Assembly: GCF_006345805.1 (NCBI RefSeq) | Contig: NC_043005.1 | Coordinates: 95,976,001 to 96,040,000 of the forward strand | Reading direction: 5' to 3' | DNA length: 64,000 nucleotides | Origin: Octopus sinensis | Taxonomy: Eukaryota | Shown: in pieces, positions 10,896 through 23,552 of the stretch | Layout of the letters: every line of letters begins with the position of its first letter | Position numbering within the stretch: the first letter of the stretch is position 1 | Notes under the pieces: generated by a model | The model's input: only the letters and a program-made list of their open reading frames with translations | Told to the model about the DNA's origin: nothing | The model's database searches: none | Program-made: the position numbers and the translations under genes

Positions 10896-13800
10896 TATCT
10901 CTTTATTACAATTATAAAAATTAATACATAGAAAGGACGAATACAGGACATACATACATACAAGAAAATTTAAGAGAATCGATTAAAAAAGTTTCGTTTG
11001 TATTCGTTTAAGTAACAGTTTTTCGTAAACTAATGTTACAAACACTTGTAGCTGACCTTTGTGATTTTACTGGAGCTTTCACACCCCGGCAATTGTTGAG
11101 GCCCTGCAGCTTCCACTTCCTCTCTCTCCTCCATGGTCAAGCTGGCCTTCTCGTACCCACCTTTCTTTCCACTTCCTTCCATCTATTCGCATACACTTCC
11201 CGCGGCAGGGTCCTCCTCTCCAGTCCCATCTTGCTTCTCAGATGATATCTGAAGTAGGTGAGCAAGCCGGGCCGGAGGAGACAAATGACCCTGTCGCGGT
11301 TCCTTCCATTCTCGTCTCCCACATGCATTCCTTACCACTGCAACCGTGCAGTGAAAACATGCCTCACTTCCTTCGAGAGTCAGTTGGCGGTATCATCTTA
11401 ATCATAGACTCAGCCGACAGCTGTACTCGTCCCAGATGCGATAACACGTGTTCTGCGAACTTATCAAGTCGTTCAACTTCCGACAATGAAAAAAAGGCGT
11501 GCTGAACGTTTCATCGTCCAGCCCGCATCTTGGACACGTCGGTGGCACTGGAACTCCGTGCCGTGATAACTTTTCGCGAACAGGTAAAGCATTCCTGTAG
11601 CACTGCCAAGCCAGGGATCTTTGGAAATTATCCAAATACCCCGACCTGAACGTTTTCTTAACAGATTGGCAAGCTGGTTTTCATCAAACCCAGAGCCCCT
11701 CCTAGGACGTCATCGTTTTTACCTTCTACCAGCCCTCTATAAATTACGAGGTGGTATTTCCGCGGCCGGCTTTGCCGTCCTGTGGTCAGCGTGAGTGCCT
11801 GTCGGCACTCCTTTTGCCATGGAGTCAGATTGCATCTTCTGATGTAACCGGGTTTAAAATTAATAGGGAGGCGGTCTCGGAAAAAATCCCTCTGCCAACG
11901 GACTCCACACCTTATCACCTTCCAGGTGGTGCCAGAGATGTCTTAGTCTCAACGCATGTCTGCGCATCATCAACCAAGGCATCCCTAACCCACCCTTTAA
12001 ACGGTTCTTGACAGCACACGGAGCGTCTCACAAGTGGCTTTCCTCCTTTCCACAAAAAGCGGAAGAGGGCTCGTTCCAACTTGTTAAGCCATGAGTCGGG
12101 GCAAGGGACGACGGTCAGGCGGTAGGTGATTACGGATGCAATAAACATCTGCACCACCTCCGCCCTTCCTTTCAAGGACAGAGACCTTCCGGACCAGGTC
12201 CGTATTATGGCCTCCACCTTGCCCGTCACCTCGCTCCAGTTCTTCTCCGTTTGGGAGTCCGGTCCAAACCAGACTCCCAGCAACTTAACAGGGCCATCCG
12301 TCCAGTGTCCACAACACTGGACAATATCGGCTTGTTCCTCCAGGTGCCGAGGCGCAAGCCGACCGATTTGTCCCTGTTAACCTTTGCTCCTGCCACCGCT
12401 TCGTATCCTCTGATAGCCTCCTCTACACCAGGTAGTTGGGCCTCATTGGACACGATGAGGGTGATGTCATCCGCATAGGCAGTGACCGACCTCCCACCTC
12501 CGATTCCATCTGAGTTACTCCCCAGCCTCTCCAACCTTCGCAGTAGTGGCTCGAGAGCCAATACGTACAAAAGTGGTGACAAGGGGCACCCTGACGTACT
12601 GAACATTCGATCGAAAACGGTTCTGTTAGGTAACCGTTATCTGGACGGTGGACTTGATGCCGCTGTACATAGCGGAGATCCACCCGCGGAATTCGGGACC
12701 CAGTCCGGTCGCTTCGAGGACCGCCGCCAGGTACCCATGGTCTACCCTATCGAAGGCTTTACTTTGGTCCAAGTGGACCATTACCCCACCTTTGCCGGTA
12801 TTTTACCCACCCTATCTAAGGTGTAGCGTATAAGGTGAAGGTTGTCCTGGATCGACCTGCCTGGAATTGCACATGTCTGTGCTCTCCCTACAAGTTTCTC
12901 CACGACAACCGTCAACCTTTTGCTAACACCTTGGCCAAAATCTTTAACTCTACATTAAGTAGAGTTATGGGCCTGTAGTTACTAATCATATCCCCTTTGC
13001 TCGGGTCTTTCTGGATTAGCGTCACCACTCCCCGGCTTACAGAACTGGGAATTCTCCCGTTCTGCTGCCAGTTCGTGTAGACGCCTGCCAGTATTCCCCC
13101 GAACAAATCCGGCATATTTTGGGTAAAAATCGTAGGGCAGACCATCCAGCCCCGGCGATTTCTCCCCGGCGCACTCGGCCAGCACTTCCCTTATTTCCGC
13201 GGGAGTGATCGCTCCCTCACAGCACTCCGCCTCACGCCCCGCGAGCGCGGCCGCCGGCCAGGAAGTCCCTTAAGGCACTCCCCGGTCCAGCGGGCCACCA
13301 CCCCGAACACGCGCGCGAATGCTGGTGAAGAAACTTTTGCATCTCCTCCTGTCCATAGATCTTTTGTCCCTGTTCGCCAGTCAAAGATTTTATTGAGGCT
13401 CTGTTGCCTCTCTTACTCTCCACACGACGGGCCCATCCGGCTACGTTAACACCTTCTCGTTTCCCGGCGCGCAGCTTAGCTCTGACTCTGCAACCTTCGT
13501 GTTTGGAGTCAAGGTGTCGGTACAATACCGTCCTTGCCGCCAGTACTCCGGATGCAGAGCCAGCTTCCATTGCCTCGTCTAGCTTCTTAACTAAATCGCC
13601 CTCTAGACTAGCCCTATCTGTCCTTATCTGATTGCTAAATCTAACGGACTCTAATCGAATGGCTCTTTTGAGGGCGTGCCACCATCTATTGTTAATGACG
13701 GTGCCGCACAATGCCCTCTGAACTAACTCCTTAATCGGGTACGGAAGTCTTCACAATTCAAAATAGCCTTGTTCAGCTTCCAGTACCCGGGTCCCTGTCT

Positions 13801-14922
13801 ATGACACTTGTCTAATTGCACCTCACACGTCACAAACTTGTGATCCGAGTAAGGTACAATATGAAATTGTGGACAACTAAACGTATCCTTATCTCTTTTT
13901 TTATAATTATCCTATCTAGGTACGATCTGTGTGAGCCGTCGTTGTTACTCCACGTCCACTGTGGAACGCTCGGCTCATCCAGTCGGTAACGGTCCACTAG
14001 ATCAAAGCTCTCCAGTAGACCCTTGAGGCTAGGATTCCCCTTCCTATTAGTTGAGCCGACACTGTCGATGTGCGCTTCAAGGACAGTGTTAAAGTCCCCT
14101 ACTAGTAATACTGTTTTCGACGTCGCCAGAAAGGGCTCCAGGCTTCGAAAGAAACCCGACTGTCTACCCTCGTTCGGGGCGTAGACAGCTACCAACCTGA
14201 AGGACTGTTTACTTGCGTGAGTCACATCCAGGACAACCAGCCTGCCTTCTGGGTCCAGAAAGACAGTACTTACCTGCAAGTCCAAGCTCTTCCTGATGAA
14301 GACTGCACGCCTCCGCCTCTTCCTCGGCTAGGAGAAATAAATTTCTCGAAACCATTTAGAGAGGCGAGAACGCTTGGGTCTCGCTCATCTTGGACTCGGT
14401 TGCAATAGCAATATCTATACCGTGTGTCGTGAGGTCTCAGGAAACAAATTGTTTCCATTTCGACCCCATTCCACGTATGTTTATACAGCCAGCTTGGCCA
14501 TTGTGGGCGAGGGGGGAAAATAATTATATCACGGTTGTGAAAGGGAGCACGGCGGTCTGATTTTGCCTGCTTCCCTTTCTTCCGCTACTGCAGGGCCTTT
14601 GACCGGCGTTGCCACTGGGCTCTGGGTTGGTGTGGTTGCCGGGGTTATTGTTAGTTTTCCTTCTTCTAACACCTCTTTGGTGACATCTCTTTTAGGCGGT
14701 TCTTCAGGTGTTCCTGAAGAACCTCCTCCTTCATTCGTTCTCGCCTACCCTGGCGAAGCGCGCAATTGCTTTTCCATCTGAGGTTCTGCTATACAGCATG
14801 AACCTCGACAGTTTGCAGCATTTGTAAACTTTTTCGTTTTTTTCATCAAACGCAATTATTTTTTCATTTTTCAATAAACATTTTTTAGGATCTTGTTTTA
14901 CGGGGAGGGGCTTGGCAAACTG
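10896..14922 (-). mobile_element. Tx1/L1-clade LINE with near-complete, frameshifted ORF2 and 17-bp TSD
   Basis: ORF2 from about 14501: APE (VYAPN, GDFN, LDR, SDH), RT (KSPGLDGL, NYRPITLLN, RQGCPLSP, YADD at 12466-12477), C-terminal CPRC knuckle, AATAAA at 10902-10907; TSD TCCAAAGATTTCTTGTT at 10879-10895 and 14923-14939. Confidence 0.93.
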
Positions 14923-15260
14923 TCCAAAGATTTCTTGTTGACACTTCTTATTCGCAATATTTTCTCATTTCTATAGATATTCAATAATTTGACAAAACAG
15001 TTACCATTAAAGGATGTTTAGAGATAATTAATAAACAGCATCAGAAATGTAAAACTAGCTAATCTGAAGACCTGTCTTTCAGCGAGTATTGCTCCGTAAA
15101 TATGTACTATGCCTTTGTCAATTGTTTTAGGTGCCTATGGGGACACGAGCAGGCATGAACCCTTCTCGTCCCCCTCATCTTGATCCAGTGGAACATCTAA
15201 AGTGAGAAATGGAGAGAAAGAAGGGGATGCACCAACACTCAGCTGGTATATACTTTCAAT

Positions 15261-16230
15261 TGAGTGGGGGAAGACAGGGCAAGTTGAATATAGGGGTAAG
15301 TTGAACCACCACTTCCCAGCCAGTTATGAACGAGCCAGCCAGATTGGTGATGTGATCCATTGATGACTAACTACATGCTTTCTAAATTGAAACAGAAACC
15401 AAGGCTAGAGAGCGAAAAATCCAATTTTTCGCCATAAAAGTTAAAATGTGTGAAACCGGTAAGTGCATATTTCTTCCATACGCAATACAGATATGATATG
15501 GACATCAGATGATAATTGTTAACCCAGGTAAGAGGCTCCACGCTTGCCACATTGTGGATGGCTACATTGTGTGTGAATGTGTAGACACCTCACGAAGTTC
15601 AAATTGAGGTAAATTGAGCCAGACCTTACAGGGCAAGTTGAGCCGTGGCTAAACTTACGCAATATGTTCATGGTGAGACAAATTGGGAAAATACTATTCT
15701 GATACTGTTCCTCATCCCCAAGAATAACACGTGTGACATCTGATGGCTGCAGTGAAGGCTTGCAGGAAAGCCTTCCTGCAAAGGAGAAGGAGAGTACTTT
15801 GAATTGTTGACCAATTTAACTCATTGCATTGAAGTAATAAAAATGGTTTGAAGTAAACTTTCATTGCCATTACAAAACGTATTTAATATTCATTTTTCTC
15901 TTTCAGAAGCTCGTGAGAAATATATAACTACAAGTGAAAGATAAACCGAGGACTAACTCCTCCATGATGTTATGGAATGAACGGCTGAGGCTATCGCTGG
16001 CAGACAGTGAGCAGAGTGCGGCCAAGAACTTTGTTATCGATCGAATGACACCTAAACGATACATTGAAAAGATGAATAGACAACAAAAGATTGCTTGTAC
16101 ACCCGTGGCTTTGCAGCAACTGGTGTTTCCTCCTGACACGGAGAAAGATTTAGTCGATCACTTGAAACAGTTGACAGATATGTTTCATGGTTTGTGGGGG
16201 AATGGGTGCTGCTCACTAGCTTGCTGAATA
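15261..16230 (+). mobile_element. pogo/Tigger-like DNA transposon remnant
   Basis: Repeated GGG(G)(C/T)AAGTTGA(A/G)CC subterminal motifs; ORF 15934-16227 (AAKNFVIDRMTPKRY...EKDLVDHLKQLTDMFHGL) resembles the psq/CENP-B HTH N-terminus of pogo transposases. Confidence 0.6.
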
Positions 16231-16639
16231 AAACAATCTTGATGTGCTAGGCAGCTGAGATTGTAAGAGGGCAGGTCAAGATTTGTGGTTAGGCTGCAAG
16301 CAGTGACAAAACCTAGCAATAAGAAGTCCAGAGGCCAAATCTTTTGGATATGCCACTGCTTTCAACCAACCAGTGGTGGATATCTTTGAAGGTGACTTTG
16401 TGATTGTCAAATGTACTAGTAAAGCATGATTCGTACATTTTTTTTGCTCAGGCTGGTGTACTCAATGGAGAGGAATTTCAGTTTGAATGTGTCTACCTGC
16501 AAGAAGTTACTGCAAAGTTCAAAATTCAAAGGATGAAGCAGGCTTTAAACTGGAAGACGTCATGTATAAGCTGTCACAGCCCTAAAGCATTTGCAATTCT
16601 GCCCATTGTTCTGGCCAGCTTGTATTCAACTGTGATTTG

Positions 16640-17055
16640 GGATCTTTTCAGTCTGAACGGCAGTTTTTTAAAATAATTTCCACGTAACTAAACACTTTTA
16701 AACTTCGTATACTGGTAGAATGTGTTTATAAAACATCTTTTTCTCTTGGCTTTATTGAGAAAATTCTATAGTTTGTAAGATATTTGTTGTTGTTTTTCTT
16801 CAATTTCGGCAATTTCAACCAATCAATGACGTCTATTGAAGGTGAAAACATTCTGTGCCGTATGAATATGTCCCTTGTTTAAGAAACAGATTGGGTTTAT
16901 TTACATTTCTGAAGAAAAAAGATACCCTTCCCCCCACCCCTAACCTAACCCTAAAACAGATTGAAATGCAATAGATCGATACTAGGGTCATAATTATGGG
17001 TGACAATTTCATGTGACACCGCTAGAAAAAACTGCCATTCAAACCGAAAAGATCC
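16640..17055. mobile_element. MITE with about 30-bp TIRs and 8-bp TSD
   Basis: Left GGATCTTTTCAGTCTGAACGGCAGTTTTTT versus right AAAAAACTGCCATTCAAACCGAAAAGATCC; flanks GTGATTTG (16632-16639) and ATGATTTG (17056-17063). Confidence 0.8.
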
Positions 17056-17928
17056 ATGATTTGTCAGTATGGCAGCTTGACTCAATTTCTGACAACTATT
17101 TCCATATCCAAATGATGAAGTGGCATTCATGAACAAGATATTGTCCTTTAGTTACCACAATCTGGCTGCTGGCATTTCTTGGTGTATTTGGGATGCTTTT
17201 ATTTTGTCATTTAAAACTGTGGCAGCTGAACTGAGTTGACTTTTACCACTGTTGACAATCTTGACTTTTCTATGACTCAATTTGTTTCTAATTGACTGTT
17301 GTAACCATGAACAAGAGATGATCATTTTGTTCAGTGTTGTTTGCATTATATTTTTCAGGCAGAACAATAGTTTTGTACTTGGTATCTTTATTACCCCTGT
17401 GTGGCACAACACACCCCAGAAGGGGAAATTGAACCGTTTGACATTTTTCAAAGGTTACAGTGACTTTCAATGTGAAGAGAGAAAGAACTAGTTACAAATG
17501 TTTCCCAAGGATACATTTGTAAGGTAAGATACACATTTCTCCAAGATCATCAGCTATTTCAGTCCCAATTCATCTAAATCAAAAACTGGCTCAACAGTAT
17601 CTTATTTAAGGATACAATACCCTATCTGATCCAGGAAGTGAACTCACAACCTTATCATAGTGAGTTAAACACTCTAACCCTTAAACAGTACGTCTTTCCA
17701 AATTGTGATACAGAATTTAAAAAATACAAAAATAGTCAATTCAATTATACTTTATTCGTTGATACTTTATTTTATTAACTACAAGAAAATGAAGGGTAAA
17801 TTAACCTCATAAAGATCTGAACTCAGAACATAAAAAGAACTAAAATATTGCAAAACATTTTGTCCAGTTCTTTACTGATTCAGCTACTCATAGCAGCCTT
17901 TTATTATTACAAATATTATAGACATTCT

Positions 17929-18152
17929 ATAATAGGGCGTCGGGCGTCGGGCGAAATGCTTAGTGGTATTTCGTCTGTCGTTACATTCTGAGTTCAAATT
18001 CCACCGAGGTCGACTTTGTCTTTCATCCTTTTGGGGTCAATAAATAAAGTACCAGTTTAGCACTGGGGTCGATGAAATCAACTTGATCCGTTTGTCTGTC
18101 TTTGTTTGTCCCCTCTGTGTTTAGCCCCTTGTGGGTAGTAAAGAAATATATA
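17929..18152 (+). mobile_element. tRNA-derived SINE (Meta/MESC-like central domain) with 20-bp TSD
   Basis: gagttcaaattcc B-box, tttcatcctttXggggtc...aagtaccag body; ACAAATATTATAGACATTCT at 17909-17928 and 18153-18172. Confidence 0.85.
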
Positions 18153-19020
18153 ACAAATATTATAGACATTCTCAATACAGGAAGAGTTGCTGTGCCAACA
18201 GTTCTCACCTTTAGAACCATGGACCCCAGGAGAAGAGTCCAATAACATTTCTGAGGTCCATAATCAGTGTTCAGAATTTTATAAAGCTACAGTGTAAAAT
18301 GTGTAAGTATTTGGTTATAGTTGTTCAGTTATTGAGAGATGAAAGCATGTTTGTTGTTAGTTAATAAGATTTTGATGGTAACTTCAGAAAAAAAATGTGT
18401 GCTCATCTTTTGCTTTAAGAACATAAAACAGTATGAATGAAAAAGAAAAAAGAATGAAGCCAGGAATGAACCAATATATACATTATCTCCTGAGAAAATG
18501 AAACAAAAAAGCACATGTTTAATGTTGGTTATTAAACATTAATATCATAGATTTCTGCTTTCATTTTTCTGCAGCATAATGTTAATTTATGAAGGTGGCA
18601 TCATGGAAAATAAGAAATTTGTTCCAAAAAAAAAAAGTGAATATAATTGCAAATTGGAAATTCATTTCAAATTTCTCTTTCATAAATTTTTTAATAATGT
18701 TTATATTAAGAAATGAGTTGTCAAGTTACAAATTATACATATATATTATATACAACACATGTTAATATTGCTTCATTGGTGGATAAATATTCTTTATTTG
18801 TGGGTTAACCAGCCTACCATTGGTTTCATGCAATAACTTGAAAATTGCTAAGAGATATATCACTCTTAACATTAAACCAATTGTAACCTAGTTAACACAC
18901 AAGTATAAACACATATACAAAAACACACACATATATAAGAGAGAATGAGAGAGGCATAACTTTAGTTTGGTGTCCCATCCCTTACTTAGATTCTCATAAC
19001 ATACTGAAAAAATGCATATT

Positions 19021-19500
19021 GTTACGAAGGTAAAATTAATGGGAAAACGCTATGCCCTAGTTCCATTGGTTGGAGTTGAACCGGCGGGAAAAAGATGTGT
19101 TCTTTGCCTTGTCAACGGCAATGGTTAAAATTAATGAGTTTTAGGAACTGATCTCTGATCTCCACGGTCAGGGAAAGGTTATAAAAAAATAAAAATGCCA
19201 CCCTTTAAAATGCGACGAACTGATGTCAGACAGCGAAAGGCCGGAAAAGGGTTCAGTTGGGAGAGGCGGCGAGTCGATGCAGACAGCCAGCCAAGAGATG
19301 TTTTAATTGATTTTGTGAATTATATAAATTGTTAAATGTAAGCAACTGCCTTCAGCTGTCTCTCTCTTTATTGTTGACATCTCTGGTTTCTGGCTTGCGT
19401 TCGCTGCCCACCCCCGCTTTCTGTGGTGGATTTCTGTTTGACTGAGCGTAGTCGTCGTCGCCGACTTAGGGTCCTGAGCTGAGTTGAGCAACGGTCCTAA
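19021..19500. promoter_or_regulatory. CpG-rich island, possible promoter
   Basis: 22 CpG counted in 19021-19500 versus none in 18241-19020; no resemblance to the repeats in this window. Confidence 0.45.
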
Positions 19501-19929
19501 CAATATTTTCCAAAAGAAATTTTGCAGATAGGCTTTCAATGGAATAGATTGCAATTATGTTGATAACATTTTAGAAAAATAACATATTTATGGCAAATAT
19601 ACAAATGAGAAATTTGTTTTACTTTTAATTTAAGGTAATATAAATATTTTTCTTTCGAAAATTATTAATTTCCTTATTTTGGATAAGTATGCACACACAC
19701 ATGTATACATTAACATACATAATTTCTCACTCACACTAAACAATGTAAACTGCACTCGCTCCATCCCCTCCCTACCCAATACACCTCCCCCTCATCCTCA
19801 TCCCAACCCGTCTGTCATTCCAACCACCACACACACATACCCCTTCTCTCCCTCCTCCCAGCCTTCCACTACCCCCACCAATCCTCCTACATCTGACCCA
19901 TCCACCCCTCCCCACTTCAGTCTGTTGTT

Positions 19930-20545
19930 ACTATTCCTCCTGATCTTCCCCTCTCTGAGGTGGAGTGCTCTCTTTTCAGTAGGGGTCTGCACACCATCCT
20001 CCTCACTCCATCCAGTAACGAATTTCAAACTCGGTGCTGATATTCCATAGCTTTGTGCCTGTGTCAGGCTATATGCACTATTCTACAAATCTCCACCTAC
20101 ATCTAATGAAGAGGACTGCTTCACTGACATGGGTCACCGACCATCCCACTGGACGCCAGCTCCTGGCCAGTTCCAAGCAGTTGATCATTCTGCGGGCATC
20201 TATCAACACATTGTGGATCGGTTTAACTTTTTCAGGCATCCCCAGCATCTGAACATCTCCCCAGTCGAAATCTTAGATCTTCAATGTCTATGATGCCGCA
20301 AAGACATTAGCATAAAACTGGCCAACAAGGGTGGATCCATGGTGATGTGGTGTGTAGACCTTTACAAGGCTAAAGCTCTCCACCAACATCAAGACACCTC
20401 CTTCTACTGCCCTCTGCCCTCCAACCCCATGCCTAGCTACCAACAGACGTTGTCCTCCACTATCCATGACCTCCTCTCCTCCTGTCTCCCTCCCAACACC
20501 TCCAACCTCATTGTCTGCACTTCTCGCACTCCCACCATTTACTTC
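19930..20545 (+). mobile_element. Penelope-like element fragment (region upstream of RT)
   Basis: Translates ISIKLANKGGSMVMW..DLY...HQDTSFY..LPSNP...SNLIV..SRTPTIYF, matching the PLE I.IK.ADKGG.VV...RTP.FY.LPK region. Confidence 0.65.
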
Positions 20546-21060
20546 CAGAGAGCATATTTTTGGCACTTTCAAGTGAGAGAGGCCCCAAGTGAAAACACAA
20601 TTAGAACTTAGTTCGTGATTTTGAAAAACATGGGGCAGTAAGTGATCTCCCATGATTTGCGAAACCTCACAGTCAGAACTGATGACAGTTCTGGATGACA
20701 GTAAGAGAATGAGTGCGAGAGAATACTGAATAGAATCCAGGTACATCAACTTGAAGGTGGTCCAGACAGCTTGGAGTTTCACAAACTTACCCGAAAAATT
20801 GTTCCCTACAGCCTTAACCTTTTTCCATACAAGGTACAGTTGGTTCAACAGTTGAAGCCCCAAGACTATGAACACGGGCTCCAATATGCTGTCACAGTCC
20901 AGGAATTGGCACGAAATGACCCAAATTTTACACAAAAATTCATCATGTCTGATGAAGCTCACTCTTATTAGAATGGAATCATCAACAGACAAAATTGCCA
21001 GTTTTGGGGCTTTGAGAATCCAAGAATACTACATCAAAGAGAATTGCACCCCATAAAGTG
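20546..21060 (+). mobile_element. IS630-Tc1-mariner transposase fragment (DUF4817-type N-terminus)
   Basis: APSENTIR...FPYKVQLVQQLKPQDY...FIMSDEAH..NGIINRQNC.FWG.ENP...ELHP; stops and frameshifts. Confidence 0.75.
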
Positions 21061-21259
21061 TGAAGCTAAAAATAGACACCATTTAAAAGATGCCATTTTC
21101 CATACATAATGAAGAGGGATGATGGAAAAGGACTAATGCAAATTAATTTCCCTCATTTCCTCTATATTGAATTAAAATTTCATAGACCTATTTGTAAAAA
21201 TAAGAGCTATTAAAAACTAAAACCCCTCAGTGACTTCTAAGCCACCCTCTGTGTGTGTG

Positions 21260-21293
<34 letters not shown>

Positions 21294-21575
21294 TACTTAG
21301 CTTTTAGAACAGCTTAGAATAATTAATTACATTCTTCAAATTCTTGTTTAGCAAAAGAATTGTTTTCAATTATTAATTGGTGTTTGTTGAAACCATTATT
21401 GAAACTACATGCCTGGAATTGAATCTTTTAAGAAAATATTCATATACAAGATGCAGACATAGATGTATATAAAAAGGTATTGCAGTTCACTGGAAGCATT
21501 GCGTATTGTTTGTGAAATGTGATGTGTCTGGAATGGCACAACAATGCAGAGTGGACTATGATAACTGTTGCAAAT

Positions 21576-22586
21576 AGCGTAAGCTCGTGAGGAACGAAGC
21601 CAGTATGCTCCGATGGATGTGTAATGTCAGTGTACTTACTCGACAGAGCGTTAGTACCTTGAGAGAAATGTTGTACCTAAGAAGCATCAGTTGTAGTGTG
21701 CAAGAGAGACGATTGCGCTGGTATGGTCATGTGGTGAGAATGGATGAAGATAGGTGTGTGAGAAAGTGCCAATCCCTAGCAGTTGAGGGAACCCGTGGAA
21801 GAGGTAGACCCAGGAAAACCTGGGACGAGGTGGTGAAGCACGACCTTCGGACGTTAGGTCTCACCATGGAAATGACTAGAGACCGAGACCTATGGAAGTA
21901 TGCTGTGCGTGAGAAGACCCGGCAAGACTAGTGAAGCCATAACCCGAGACCCGGCAAGACTAGTGAAGCCATAACCCGTGGCCCCTACCTGGGACGTAGT
22001 CAGTCCACCTGTGCATACCTTCCTTCTTGTGACACTTGTGAAGACCTGTTGAGGCAAGTGAGAATCGAATCAAATCAAATCAAATCGAACCAAATCAAAA
22101 TAGATGAACATCAATGGAATTTGTATCCTTGTGGTACCAGTGCCGGTGGCACATAAGAAAACCATCCGAACGTGACCGTAGCCAGTACCGCAACGACTGG
22201 CCTCCGTGCTGAGGGCACGTAACAAACACCATCCGAGCGTGGCCGTCCACCAGCTTCGTCTGGCACCTGTGTTGGTGACACATAAGAAAACACCATCCGA
22301 GCGTGGCCGTCAGCCAGCCTCGTCTGGCACCTGTGTCGGTGGCACATAAAAAACACCATCCGAGCGTGGCCGTCTGCCAGCCTCGTCTGGCACCTGTGTC
22401 GGTGGCACATAAAATCCCCCACTACACTCTCGGAGTGGTTGGCGTTAGGAAGGGCATCCAGCTGTAGAAACACTGCCAGATCTGACTGGCCTGGTGCAGC
22501 CTTCGGGCTTGCCAGACCCCAGTTGAACCGTCCAACCCATGCTAGCATGGAAAGCGGACGTTAAACGATGATGATGATGATGATGA
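21576..22586 (+). mobile_element. RTE-clade LINE 3' end with repetitive 3' UTR and (GAT)n tail
   Basis: RNEASMLRWMCNV...RLRWYGHVVRM...GRGRPRKTW...DRDLW; three approximately 59-nt tandem units at 22229-22410; (GAT)n tail ending 22586. Confidence 0.88.
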
Positions 22587-23100
22587 TAGTCTAATATTAT
22601 ACTTCAGAATATAAAAATTCCTTTTTCAGATATTGATAGGAATTGATGGAGTCACTGTTGTAGTCGGTTTTCCAATGGTTGCTGAAATTTGTTGAAAGTG
22701 TTCCTGCAGTGGTCTCACAAATCTCCTTCTGGAATTCCTCACAAGAAGTGTGTGAGGGCAGCCATGTCTCAAGCTTGTGTGTGTTGCCATATCTGGAGTG
22801 CTGCTTCCAAGTTATGTATTATACATGCATTTTTTTTATGAGCATGTTACCATTGTGTGTGTAGGTTGTCAATGTTGTGACTGTTGATTTCCAACCTGTT
22901 GTTAATTTGGGACTTTTGTCTGTCTATGAGGATATGCTCCTTAATTCTTAAATTTCCTAAGTTTCTGTCGTTGGCCTCCATTGTGACTGTTATGTTTTTG
23001 TTGATGTTCCGGCATCTGTCTAGATGTTTTCTGAAGAAAGGGGTTCATATGTTTAGATGTTATTTGAATGCAAATGTGTAATGGTCTTGTTGTGCTACCC
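22586..23100 (-). mobile_element. Penelope-like element 3' end (GIY-YIG endonuclease tail + pseudo-LTR)
   Basis: Frameshifted VGSTTRPLH...KHLDRC...EANDRNLGNLRIKEHILI...QINNRLE followed by a terminal segment that recurs inverted at 23553-23776. Confidence 0.7.
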
Positions 23101-23101
23101 A

Positions 23102-23552
23102 CAAAATAGATGAACATCAATGGAATTTGTATCCTTGTGGTACCAGTGCTGGTGGCACATAAGAAAACCATCCGAACGTGACCGTAGCCAGTACCGCAAC
23201 GACTGACGGCCACGCTCGGATGGTGTTTTCTTATGTGTCACCGACACAGGTGCCAGACGAAGCTGGCGGACGGCCACGCTCGGATGGTGTTTGTTACGTG
23301 CCCTCAGCACGGAGGCCAGTCGTTGCGGTACTGGCTACGGTCACATTCGGATGTTTTTTATGTGCCGGTGGTACATAAAAAGCACCCACTACACTCTCGG
23401 AGTGGTTGACGTTAGGAAGGGCATGCAGCTGTAGAAACTCTGCCAGATCAAGATTGAAGCCTGGTACAGCCTCCTGGCTTCCCAGACCCCAGTCGAACTG
23501 TCCAACCCATGCTAGCATGGAAAGCGGATGTTAAACAATGATGATGATGATG
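23102..23552 (+). mobile_element. RTE-tail SINE-like copy with an internal inverted duplication
   Basis: 23105-23204 matches 22099-22200; 23205-23365 is the reverse complement of about 22158-22310; ends in (GAT)n. Confidence 0.8.

Noticed and set aside
14740-14830. snRNA/7SK-like gene (hairpins followed by a T run)
   Set aside because: Only short chance matches; it lies inside the TSD-bounded LINE insertion and no PSE or Sm context is evident
7769-14939. Sequence-specific targeting by the Tx1 elements (U2, tRNA or microsatellite targets known in this clade)
   Set aside because: The two TSDs share no clear motif and no snRNA or tRNA sequence flanks them
17528-17556. Minus-strand CTGATGA-TC-TTG-GA-GAAA-T-GTGT-ATC hammerhead-like string
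   Set aside because: 2-bp Y-R stem II and 3-bp stem I are too weak; it lies in a decayed SINE body and may be chance
17156-18489. Candidate host-gene exons (+17359-17523; -18286-18209; -17295-17156; acceptor at -18490)
   Set aside because: Plausible splice signals, but no recognisable protein and no consistent phase chain; such signals are frequent in AT-rich DNA
20288-20992. 234-aa minus-strand ORF
   Set aside because: Antisense to adjoining PLE and Tc1/mariner fragments; no coding signal of its own
22229-22410. CRISPR-like repeat array
   Set aside because: Tandem about 59-nt units with no unique spacers, inside an RTE 3' UTR in a eukaryotic context
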